DNA from: Promethearchaeota archaeon
GTDB lineage: Archaea > Asgardarchaeota > Lokiarchaeia > Sigyniarchaeales > SOKP01
Assembly: GCA_048938855.1 (NCBI GenBank)
Contig: JBHLLT010000031.1
Location: 1 to 31,318 of the forward strand
Length of the DNA stretch: 31,318 nucleotides
Direction of reading: 5' to 3'
Shown: positions 17,405 to 26,323 of the stretch, in pieces
Layout of the letters: every line of letters starts with the position of its first letter
Numbering within the stretch: position 1 is the first letter of the stretch
Program-made: the position numbers and the translations under genes
The notes under the pieces: model-generated
Seen by the model: only the letters and a program-made list of their open reading frames with translations
The model's database searches: none
What the model was told of the DNA's origin: nothing

Positions 17405-18657
17405 AATTAATGGAAAAATTGCATAAAATTGGATTTTCAAAACTAACATCTTTAAAAGCGGCTATAGATATGCTATTTTCCAAAATTAAGATAAATTCTT
17501 CTGAAGAAGTGGAAATAAACAATGTTTTAAATAGAATTTTAGCCATGGATGTTATTAGTAAAATTGATATCCCTCCTTTTGATCGTTCAGCTATGGATGG
17601 CTATGCTATTAAAGCAGAAGACTCATTTGGGGCATCTCCTAAAAATCCAAAAAAAATTAAATTGATTGGTAAAATCGAAATTGGTGAAACTGCAAAACTT
17701 AAAATTAATAAAAATGAAGCAATAAGAATTTCTACTGGTGCTCCGATACCAGAGGGTTCAGATACTGTAATAAAAATTGAAGATACTGAAATCAAAAACG
17801 ATATAATTAGCCTTTATGCATCTCTAGTGCCAAGAAAAAACGTATCAAGAAAAGGGGAAGATTTTAGAAGTGGAATAAAAGTTTTACCTAAGGGTATAGA
17901 ACTAAAAGCAGAACATATAGCTCTTTTAACTTCACTAGGATACGATAAAGTATCAGTAAATATAAAACCAGAAATAAGCATTTTTTCTTCTGGAGATGAA
18001 TTAATTGAACCTGGAGAATCACTGAAACCTGGAAAAATTTATAACTCAAACACTCCAATGATTTCAGCTTTAGTAAAATTATATGGTGGTATAGTACTTA
18101 GAGGCGAATCAGTACGAGATGATAAAGAATCGATCAGAATCCGATTAATTGAATCATCAAAAGACTCTCAAGTAATAATCTTTACTGGGGGTACATCTGT
18201 CGGTACTAAAGACTATCTACCTGAGATTATGAATGAATCAGGGATGATTTTAACTCATGGTGTTGCTCAAAGGCCGGGAGCACCGGTTTTAATTGGTTAT
18301 TTGAGTGATACATTAGTATTCTGTCTTCCTGGTACTCCGGTTGCTGCTTATGTTTCTTTTTTAAAAATTGTAGGACCAGCTATAAGAAAAATGTTAGGGT
18401 GTAAAGTTTTAGATCCAAGGATTAAAATTAACGCAAAACTTAGTAAAGACGTTCCTGTTCCAAGTTTAGGATTTGTTCACTATCTAAGAGTCAGTCTAGA
18501 GAGATCTAGAGAGGGTATTATAGCTAATCCAGTAAAATTAAGAGGATCTGGGGTTATAAGCTCATTAACTTTTTCAGATGGGATTGTTGAGATATTACCA
18601 CATCAAGAAGGTTTGAAAAAAGGTGATGAAGTAATAGTAAAACTCATGCCAAAATAG
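17401..18657 (+). CDS. moeA: Molybdopterin metal (Mo/W) insertase, paralogue 2
   Basis: PPFDRSAMDGYA, ISTGAPIP, SSGDEL, YNSN, TGGTSVG, RPGAP, LPGTP; GTGA overlap with moaB. Confidence 0.93.
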   Translation: MKLMEKLHKIGFSKLTSLKAAIDMLFSKIKINSSEEVEINNVLNRILAMDVISKIDIPPFDRSAMDGYAIKAEDSFGASPKNPKKIKLIGKIEIGETAKLKINKNEAIRISTGAPIPEGSDTVIKIEDTEIKNDIISLYASLVPRKNVSRKGEDFRSGIKVLPKGIELKAEHIALLTSLGYDKVSVNIKPEISIFSSGDELIEPGESLKPGKIYNSNTPMISALVKLYGGIVLRGESVRDDKESIRIRLIESSKDSQVIIFTGGTSVGTKDYLPEIMNESGMILTHGVAQRPGAPVLIGYLSDTLVFCLPGTPVAAYVSFLKIVGPAIRKMLGCKVLDPRIKINAKLSKDVPVPSLGFVHYLRVSLERSREGIIANPVKLRGSGVISSLTFSDGIVEILPHQEGLKKGDEVIVKLMPK

Positions 18658-18707
18658 TTAGAATCTTAAATTCTTAATTTCTAAAATAAAAAATTATTTA
18701 TTATTTA

Positions 18708-18721
18708 TTAGTTATAACTAA
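18708..18721. promoter_or_regulatory. Candidate DtxR-family metal-repressor operator
   Basis: Perfect palindrome TTAGTTATAACTAA (TTAG-N6-CTAA) about 60 bp upstream of an iron permease. Confidence 0.55.
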
Positions 18722-18780
18722 AAGACTTATTTTTTTTTATTACATTTTAACTATAGATTAATTAATTTGAGTATTATACT

Positions 18781-19701
18781 ATGGCTATATATATAGATTT
18801 AATTACTCCAATATTTTTAGCCTTCCGAGAAGGTTTGGAAGCAACATTAGTCGTCGTTATCATTTTAATGTATTTAAGAAAAACAAATCAACGTGTTTAT
18901 AATAGATATGTTTATATTGGGGCAATATTGGCAATCTTTACAAGTATACTTTTTGCTATTATTTTCTCTTTACTCTTTGGAGGTTTTACAGGGACTTTAG
19001 AACAGCTATTTGAGGGGATTACATTTGTAATCTCTGGTATATTGATTGTCACTTTAGTCTTATGGGTAAGTAAGGAAGGGCCCAAGATGAGAGTAAACCT
19101 GGCAGAAAAAGTTGAACAGTCAATTCAAAGAGAAAAAGTTTTTTCAATTTCTATATTAACATTTGTAATAATAATCAGAGAAGGCATTGAATTAGTTCTT
19201 TTATTATCTGGAACTGCATCTATAGGTTCTATCAATCAACTTACAATAATCCTAGGATCTATGATGGGATTGGGAATTTCAGGGATTTTTGGACTCTTGA
19301 CATATTATGGTATAAGAACAATTGATATATCCAAATTCTTTAAAGCGACTAACATAATTCTAATTTTCTTTGCTGCTGGTTTAATTACTTATGGTGTACA
19401 TGAGTTCATTGAAGCAGGGGTTATTAATCCTATCATAGGAGAAGTTTGGAACATTAAACAAATTTTGCCAGAATCGTTTCCTGATGGCAATCCAGCAACT
19501 CCCGAATGGCTTGAAATAATAGGTTCATTATTAAAAGCGTTATTTGGTTATAATGCAAATCCTTCACTTTTAGAAGTTATAATATATCCCAGTCTTTTAA
19601 TTTTAATTGGTTTAGTATCTCTAAAGTTATGGAAACGAACGAATTCAGCTGTTTTGATGAATTTAGAGAAACAAAAGAAAATTAAAATTATGTTAGACTA
19701 A
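18781..19701 (+). CDS. FTR1/EfeU family iron permease
   Basis: Two RExxE motifs (FREGLEA, IREGIEL), GVHEFIE, LKALFGY; about 7 TM helices. Confidence 0.93.
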   Translation: MAIYIDLITPIFLAFREGLEATLVVVIILMYLRKTNQRVYNRYVYIGAILAIFTSILFAIIFSLLFGGFTGTLEQLFEGITFVISGILIVTLVLWVSKEGPKMRVNLAEKVEQSIQREKVFSISILTFVIIIREGIELVLLLSGTASIGSINQLTIILGSMMGLGISGIFGLLTYYGIRTIDISKFFKATNIILIFFAAGLITYGVHEFIEAGVINPIIGEVWNIKQILPESFPDGNPATPEWLEIIGSLLKALFGYNANPSLLEVIIYPSLLILIGLVSLKLWKRTNSAVLMNLEKQKKIKIMLD

Positions 19702-19811
19702 TTATTTTATTTTTTCGCAAATCTTAATTTAAATTTAACTTTTTTAAAAAAATCTCGCACTTACAGCTTTATAATGGAAAATTATTTTAGAAATGGTTAA
19801 TTCTGATAAGT

Positions 19812-20693
19812 ATGGTTGATGTTACCACTATTGTGGAAGAAATACAAGGAAAATATAAAATAATTGGTAGAACGGAAGAGTTAAGAAAGATCGTTTTAGC
19901 TCATGCAGTTGGTAAGAATATTTTATTGGAGGGAAACGTTGGAGTAGGTAAAACAACATTAGCTAGAGCTATTGCTGATTATTATAGTTCTGAAGATTCA
20001 AATTTCTATAGAGTAGACTGTAGTGAAGAACTACTTCCTCATAATCTTGTAGGATACTTTGAGCCCCCTTTAGTAATTGCAAAAGGTTATATTGAAGAAT
20101 CATATAAATATGGGCCGTTAGCATTAGCAATGATGAATGGTGGGTGTTTATTTATAAATGAAATAAATCGGATGCCAGAAAGTACTCAAAATTCATTATT
20201 AACATCTTTGGATGAAGGTATTCTTGAAATTCCAAAATTAAAAACAATAAAAGCTCACAAAAATTTCTTTGTTGTAGCAACTCAAAATCCAGCCGCTCAT
20301 GTAGGAGTAACAGTGTTAGGTGAAGCATTAAAAGATAGATTTATTTGGATTAATTTGGATTATCAAAGTCCAGAAGAAGAAATTTTAATAATAAAACAAG
20401 AAGCTCAATTGAACAGTGGAAATGCTAATAAAATAGCAACTATCTCTCAAAATATCACTCAAATAACAAGAGATAGTACGTCCATTCGCAGAGGTAGTTC
20501 TGTCAGAGGAGCCATAGACTTAGCTACCCTATTAAATCAGTATGATAATGACAATAGTAGTAAGAATTGGGTTGAAGCTGCTGTGATGGCATTGTATAAT
20601 AAAATTGAACTTGAAGACGGATTGACACAATCCAAAAAAGAAGTCATTACTAACATTGTTTTGACCGTTTTAAACAATTCGGATTTTCAATAG
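19812..20693 (+). CDS. MoxR-family AAA+ ATPase
   Basis: Walker A GNVGVGKT, Walker B variant LFINEINR, ATQNP, EALKDRF, SVRG sensor II. Confidence 0.92.
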   Translation: MVDVTTIVEEIQGKYKIIGRTEELRKIVLAHAVGKNILLEGNVGVGKTTLARAIADYYSSEDSNFYRVDCSEELLPHNLVGYFEPPLVIAKGYIEESYKYGPLALAMMNGGCLFINEINRMPESTQNSLLTSLDEGILEIPKLKTIKAHKNFFVVATQNPAAHVGVTVLGEALKDRFIWINLDYQSPEEEILIIKQEAQLNSGNANKIATISQNITQITRDSTSIRRGSSVRGAIDLATLLNQYDNDNSSKNWVEAAVMALYNKIELEDGLTQSKKEVITNIVLTVLNNSDFQ

Positions 20694-21802
20694 TCAATGA
20701 TTTCTCTGAGGATGATTCTGAGGAGATTGAGAAAAGGCTGCATGTTAGACTTACTGATAGTCGCCCAGATAAGGAAATATTAGAGTATGAAATTATTAGG
20801 AAGAAACGGAAAAAACCTGATTATTATAAACATTTAGCAAATACCTTGGACTATAAACAAATAAAAGAATTAGCATATTTGGCAATACAGTACAAAAACA
20901 TTGAAGCTCTAATGGGATTACTTAAATCTAATGTATATGCTGCAACTGATGCATTAGATACTGAAGAAGGAATTAAATTCTTTTCAGAAAAAGCTACCGA
21001 AGCAGGTGATTTTATGCCAGAGGTTTATTTCTTTATTCGGCGTCCAATTTCTGAAAAATACAAATCAATTTTTAGGCGTTTAGCACGCCAAAGTATTTTA
21101 AAATTATCTTTAAAAATAACAAGCAAAGGAATAAGAGGACAATTTAAAAAAACTGTTCCTTATTACAAAATAAGTACGCCCGAATTCAGCATTGATGAAA
21201 CTATTCAGCATAATCCTTTAAAAATATTTGAGAAGAATATAAATTATAAAGATATATATGGAATTGAAAGAAAGAGACAAAAAAGGAAAATAGTTTTAAT
21301 ATTAGATACTAGTGGAAGTATGTATGGACGTCTATTATTAAATGCCGCTCTTACAACATCAGTTTTGGCTTATAATATGGAGAAAGAAGACTATGCTATT
21401 ATATTATTTAATTCTAATGTGATGGTTATGAAAAAAATTAATCAGAAAAAACCTATAGCTACGATTATAGATGATATACTGGATTCTGAAGCATCAGGAT
21501 TTACCAATATATCTCTCGGTTTGGAAAAGGGCTTAAAAGAATTAAATAAAATGAAGGATAATAGAAAAAATCGGTTTGGCATTTTAATTACTGATGGGAA
21601 TTACAATCGAGGAGAAGACCCAATTACTTTAGCAAAAACTTTTCCAAAACTTCATGTTATAGGAATGCCTGCTGAAAATGATGCGGATCAAGGCATAGAG
21701 ACGTGTCGAGAAATTGCCAATGCAGGAAGTGGAAAATTCTATGCTGTAAATGATTACAAAGAAATTCCACGAGCCTTAATAGAACTTCTCTCTCAAACAT
21801 GA
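20690..21802 (+). CDS. VWA (MIDAS) domain protein; 5' end uncertain (frame open from 20654; possible ATA start at 20690, TTG at 20846, or entry by -1 frameshift from the AAA gene)
   Basis: LILDTSGSM, GFTNIS and LITDG MIDAS residues. The frame upstream of 20846 continues as protein-like IVNDFSEDDSEEIEKRLHVRLTDSRPDKEILEYEIIRKKRKKPDYYKHLANT. Confidence 0.85.
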   Translation: MVNDFSEDDSEEIEKRLHVRLTDSRPDKEILEYEIIRKKRKKPDYYKHLANTLDYKQIKELAYLAIQYKNIEALMGLLKSNVYAATDALDTEEGIKFFSEKATEAGDFMPEVYFFIRRPISEKYKSIFRRLARQSILKLSLKITSKGIRGQFKKTVPYYKISTPEFSIDETIQHNPLKIFEKNINYKDIYGIERKRQKRKIVLILDTSGSMYGRLLLNAALTTSVLAYNMEKEDYAIILFNSNVMVMKKINQKKPIATIIDDILDSEASGFTNISLGLEKGLKELNKMKDNRKNRFGILITDGNYNRGEDPITLAKTFPKLHVIGMPAENDADQGIETCREIANAGSGKFYAVNDYKEIPRALIELLSQT

Positions 21803-21922
21803 GAATTTTTTAAATTCTTATTGAAGAATAAGATATAAAAAAATTTTTAGTTATTTCTATCCTATTTATTAATAATGATTTAATTATGATGAGTGGTATC
21901 ATTATTATAGTCCACTGAAATT

Positions 21923-21967
21923 ATTCAAAATTCAAAGGATTCAAAATTCAAAGGATATAAAATTCAG
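21923..21967. repeat. Tandem 16-bp repeat (two perfect copies plus one degenerate)
   Basis: ATTCAAAATTCAAAGG at 21923-21938 and 21939-21954, then ATATAAAATTCAG. Confidence 0.85.
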
Positions 21968-21987
21968 TATAAAAATGTGAGATCACA

Positions 21988-22572
21988 TTGACTTTCGAAG
22001 AAGCAGAAAAACCCACTTATGTTTTTAAGATATGTCTAGTCGGATCTGGGGCTGTAGGAAAGACATGTATAGCTCGAAGGTTATGCTTTAATACCTTTGA
22101 TGCGAACACACAGTTAACCATTGGAATAGATTTTTATACATATGAGATCCCAATAGTAGTAAAAGGCGAAAAAACTTTTTTAAGACATACAATTTGGGAC
22201 TTTGGGGGGCAAGAACAATTCAAAAGATTATTTAATTATTATATAGATGGAGCTAATGGTATTTTTTTAGTATTTGATTTATCCAAAATAGAGACATTAG
22301 TAAAACTAGATTGGTGGATGGAACAGTTGAAAGAGCATGACTTATTAAATCGACCAAAAATCTTGATTGGTACAAAACTTGATCTTATTAGTAATACTAA
22401 TAAAAAGTATAAAATTGATGATTTAGTTATTGAACAATTTCTTAGCAGACATAATGAGAAAGATTTTGTAAAGACATCTTCAAAAGAAAATATAAATATA
22501 CTTCTTAGTTTTAAGGAAATGACTAGGAAAATCCTTGAAGCGCATAAATTAGATTACGATGATTTCATTTAA
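21988..22572 (+). CDS. Small GTPase, Rab-like
   Basis: G1 GSGAVGKT, G2 LTIGIDF, G3 WDFGGQEQF, G4 GTKLD, G5 TSSK; no C-terminal Cys prenylation motif. Confidence 0.93.
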   Translation: MTFEEAEKPTYVFKICLVGSGAVGKTCIARRLCFNTFDANTQLTIGIDFYTYEIPIVVKGEKTFLRHTIWDFGGQEQFKRLFNYYIDGANGIFLVFDLSKIETLVKLDWWMEQLKEHDLLNRPKILIGTKLDLISNTNKKYKIDDLVIEQFLSRHNEKDFVKTSSKENINILLSFKEMTRKILEAHKLDYDDFI

Positions 22573-23114
22573 TCTTTAATTAGGAATTCTTGAGGAATCT
22601 GTTGCCCATATCCTGCTTCTTTGAATTTCTGACCGTTTTCGGCATATAAATTAGTACTCCATTCATTTAAATTCTTATTAGGATACTTCTTCTTTCTAAT
22701 TGCTGGTATTCCCGCATATAAACTAAAATTCTCTGCCTTATCTCGTAATACAGAACCCCCTGCTAAGACTGAACCAGTTCCGAGTTTGGCACCCATCAAG
22801 ACAGTTGCATTTATCCCAACCATAGAAAAATCTTCGATTAAACAAGGACCATGACACATACATGAATGACCTAACCTCACATTGCTTCCAATTCTACAAA
22901 CTTCATTAGGTCTCGAATGTACTACGACATTTTCTTGAATACTTGTTCTTTCACCTATAATAATTTTTCCCCAATCTCCTCTCAGCACAGCTCCAAACCA
23001 TATATTTGTATACGCTCCTATCTCTACATCTCCAATTATTACAACATCGGGAGCAACATAGGCGGAAGGATGAATCTTAGGAATAGTTCCATTATAAGGG
23101 CTTTTAATAATCAT
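22569..23114 (-). CDS. Gamma carbonic anhydrase family (YrdA/CaiE/PaaY-like) hexapeptide-repeat protein
   Basis: IIGDVEIG, IWFGAVLRGD, IQEN, VVH...GH...HG metal ligands. Confidence 0.92.
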   Translation of the reverse strand: MIIKSPYNGTIPKIHPSAYVAPDVVIIGDVEIGAYTNIWFGAVLRGDWGKIIIGERTSIQENVVVHSRPNEVCRIGSNVRLGHSCMCHGPCLIEDFSMVGINATVLMGAKLGTGSVLAGGSVLRDKAENFSLYAGIPAIRKKKYPNKNLNEWSTNLYAENGQKFKEAGYGQQIPQEFLIKD

Positions 23115-23396
23115 TCAATCTCACATTAAAATAAGGATATTTAAAATATATTATGTATCGTAGATAAAGCTTATCTTAATAATATTCAATCTCCTATAAG
23201 TCCTATGAAATTCCCGAAAAACTTATTTAGAAAAATATGTATATCCTTATATCACGTAAAAATAAAAATATTGCTACTATATATAAAACATTATTAATTA
23301 ATAGTTTATAGCTTACTTCCTTTATTAGGGATAACCTGTTAACATATTCTTATACATAATAATGGTGTATTTCAACTGCAAAAAATACCTGATTTC

Positions 23397-23987
23397 TTGT
23401 CTGAATTAAAAACTGCCCACCGGTTAATACGAATGACTGTTGTGGGAGATGGAGCTGTAGGAAAGACTACTTTAGTACAAGCTCTATTAAAAAAAACTAA
23501 AGAAAGTAACCATAATCATTCAAATGGTATATTTTTAGAGGAAAAAAAAATAAATCGTACTCCTTTTATGGAAATTGAATCTTGGAATTATAAAGACTTG
23601 GTTTTTCAATGCTATGATTTAGCTGGACAAAGAACTCCAGGTATGCATCCATTAGATGTTTTAAGACATCAAGTCCTCAAGTATATTGACATTTTTATTT
23701 TCGTATTTTCATTAGATCGGTACGAGTCGTTTGAAAACCTTAATAATTGGCTTCGAATAATGAATAATGAATATAATATTAAAGATTACAATCCTGGTCT
23801 TATTTTAGTGGGTAACAAAGTTGATTTAGAAAGAAATGTTTCACGAGAGTTGGTACAAACTTTAGTAGGAGAAGATAGATTTTTCCATACTTATGTAGAA
23901 ACGAGTTCCATTTATGGAATCGGTATAGAAGAAATATTAGATAAAATCGTTAATATTGGTCTAAAACGCTTGAATTTATACGATTAG
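23397..23987 (+). CDS. Small GTPase (Ras superfamily, atypical switch regions)
   Basis: GDGAVGKT, RTPF, YDLAGQ, GNKVD, ETSS. Confidence 0.9.
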   Translation: MSELKTAHRLIRMTVVGDGAVGKTTLVQALLKKTKESNHNHSNGIFLEEKKINRTPFMEIESWNYKDLVFQCYDLAGQRTPGMHPLDVLRHQVLKYIDIFIFVFSLDRYESFENLNNWLRIMNNEYNIKDYNPGLILVGNKVDLERNVSRELVQTLVGEDRFFHTYVETSSIYGIGIEEILDKIVNIGLKRLNLYD

Positions 23988-24046
23988 GAAGTTTCTATTT
24001 ACTTTAATTTGTTCTCATCTTAGAGAAAAGTAGATGAGGGGAAGGA

Positions 24047-26272
24047 ATGACCACAATTAATTGTAAAATATGTAATGAAATAATACAGTTTGATCCTAAT
24101 AATTCTGAGACCTACTTACACAAAACTGAATCAGGAAATCCTATGATTGGAAAAATGTTTACAATCAGATTAGGTCATTTTACTGAGGCAGGATCTTCTC
24201 ATATAAACGTTATTGTTATTGACGAAAATGGAGAATATCGAGCTCATAAGGATTACTATGAAGAAAAACTCAGTATAAAGGGAACACCAGATGCTTGGAA
24301 TAAACTTCATCGTTATATTCCTTTAGAACTTAGAATGTATTTGCCTTTAGCAAGTGAGGAAGATAAAATTATTTTAGCTACAACACCAGAACCATTAAAT
24401 AAAACACCACAAGAATGGTATGATTGTTTAATTGATTTATGGCAAAATAATTCTGATAACCAATTAATCACTTTTCTAGCCGTAAAATGGGGTTTTATAA
24501 TTGGAAAAGGTAAAGAACTTATAAAATATACATATAAACCCACTTCTTGGAGCTATCCTATATATTTACGATTACAGGCAAGGTTTTCACCCTCATCAGA
24601 ACTAATTCAAATTGCTAAAAGAATTGATTTCACATCTGCCCCATTAATCATTCAATTAGAGGAAGCAATAGCAAAATCTGAAGTTTTTCTTAGGTTGAGT
24701 GCTTATGAACTTTTAGAGGAATTGTATAATCGTTGCCAAAAAAAGTGGGGAAATCAGACTTCTATAGAAATCAAAACAGGCTTAATGTTTTTACAAGGTT
24801 ATTATGGATTTAGATTATATTTTCTAGGAAAAATAAACGAGGCATTAGAAATTATAGAACCTGTCTTTAATTTTGGACAGATTTTAGGAAACCGGGAAAT
24901 AACAATGGTTGTAGGAAACTTCTATGCTGCTGTCAATCAATCTAGTGGAGATTTAGAAAAAGCTTTAAAAATTTTTGAAATTGTATTAAGGGTTAGTGAG
25001 GAGATGGGAGATGAAAGAACTAACGCCGTTATTTCATCGAATATGTCAGTTATTGAATCTAAACAAGGATTATATGATAAAGCTCTAAAACGTCAAAGAG
25101 CAATATTGGAACTACCAATAGTGCAAGAAGAATTTTTTATAAGAAGTTCTTTAATGAGTATCATAGCTGAAACTCTTTTTATTTCTGAAAAATATGATGA
25201 ATCACAAGAATTATGCAAACAGGTTCTTGCAGAAGAAAATATTCCTACATATTATAAACTCGACCTTCTTTCTACTCTTAAAAGAATTGCAGGCAAAACA
25301 GATTCTCTTGAACTGATTGATTTTGTTAGAAATAATATGCCTGATGATCCAGAATTTTTAGAATCACCTGTAGGTGATATATTTAGGCATGATCTGGAGG
25401 CTATAGAAGCAGAATTAAAGAGCAAATGGTCAATTTTAATTGAACACCTGAATGAAGAAAGAGATATTATGTTTAAGAATCAATCAGTTGAGGATGCTAG
25501 TGATATTGAAATTAGACTTGCTGAGGGATATTTTAAGTATTTTCAAGAAACAAAAAATCTTGCGCACTTAAATCATGCATATAACCATTTAGATTTAGCC
25601 AAAACTATTGCTATTGAAAATCAAAGTTATTTGGATCTTTGCAGACTTGTTATACTAAAAGGATTATTAGCAGCGGAAAGCAAATTATCAGAACAAGCAA
25701 AAATATTTTTTGAAGAAGCCTTAAGAACCGCTCGAGATTTTAATTTATCAGGTTTAGAAAATGAAATAAATATAAATCTAGAACAATTAAGTAGTGGGAC
25801 AATTGAAAAATCAGCCGATTCGGTCTTGCGAAGGATGTTTCAAAGATTAACCTTCCGAAAGTCTGAAGAAAAAAAAACTACAAAGAAAAGTACAATTTAT
25901 TCTATGTTTATAGGCACACAAGATTCTGCTTGGGAAGTAATTTTGCAAAATGAAAAGAGCGGTTCGCCTCAAGATACCGAATATCTTATTGGAATTCATG
26001 ATTTATGGGCTAATGTAAAGAAAAAGATGTTACAACAACAAATTAATTATTTCACAGTAAGGCGAGGCGCAGTATTAATAGAAAATTCAACTCATTTTCA
26101 ATTAATCGCTTTATGTGATCAATTGGATTATTTAACTAGGTTAACAATTCAAAATCTCCTACCAGAATTGGAAGAATTCTCTTTTAGACACATTCCAGAA
26201 GAGTTAGAAGATAAGGTCATAAAAATACTTAGTAAAGACATTGGTAAATTTTCTAAAGTGGAAATTTCTTAG
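24047..26272 (+). CDS. Multidomain protein: N-terminal Zn-ribbon-like domain, central TPR-like solenoid, C-terminal longin-like domain
   Basis: CKIC...H...HINVIVIDENGEYR; TPR-like units (LGKINEALEI, SGDLEKALKIF, QGLYDKAL, EQAKIFFEEAL); last ~115 aa show a longin-like strand/helix pattern (inferred). Confidence 0.65.
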   Translation: MTTINCKICNEIIQFDPNNSETYLHKTESGNPMIGKMFTIRLGHFTEAGSSHINVIVIDENGEYRAHKDYYEEKLSIKGTPDAWNKLHRYIPLELRMYLPLASEEDKIILATTPEPLNKTPQEWYDCLIDLWQNNSDNQLITFLAVKWGFIIGKGKELIKYTYKPTSWSYPIYLRLQARFSPSSELIQIAKRIDFTSAPLIIQLEEAIAKSEVFLRLSAYELLEELYNRCQKKWGNQTSIEIKTGLMFLQGYYGFRLYFLGKINEALEIIEPVFNFGQILGNREITMVVGNFYAAVNQSSGDLEKALKIFEIVLRVSEEMGDERTNAVISSNMSVIESKQGLYDKALKRQRAILELPIVQEEFFIRSSLMSIIAETLFISEKYDESQELCKQVLAEENIPTYYKLDLLSTLKRIAGKTDSLELIDFVRNNMPDDPEFLESPVGDIFRHDLEAIEAELKSKWSILIEHLNEERDIMFKNQSVEDASDIEIRLAEGYFKYFQETKNLAHLNHAYNHLDLAKTIAIENQSYLDLCRLVILKGLLAAESKLSEQAKIFFEEALRTARDFNLSGLENEININLEQLSSGTIEKSADSVLRRMFQRLTFRKSEEKKTTKKSTIYSMFIGTQDSAWEVILQNEKSGSPQDTEYLIGIHDLWANVKKKMLQQQINYFTVRRGAVLIENSTHFQLIALCDQLDYLTRLTIQNLLPELEEFSFRHIPEELEDKVIKILSKDIGKFSKVEIS

Positions 26273-26323
26273 AAATTTTTATTATTATTCTTAACACTAT
26301 TTTATAGATTTCTCAAAAAGAAT

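Noticed and set aside
20631-20641. A-run (TCC AAA AAA G) as the MoxR frameshift site
   Set aside because: The -1 frame hits TAA at 20651-20653, so it cannot reach the VWA frame.
21923-21967. Repeat as a mini-CRISPR
   Set aside because: Directly adjacent 16-bp units with no spacers and no cas genes.
23162-23176. AGATAA-agc-TTATCT inverted repeat
   Set aside because: Short AT-rich arms, single copy; expected by chance at this composition.
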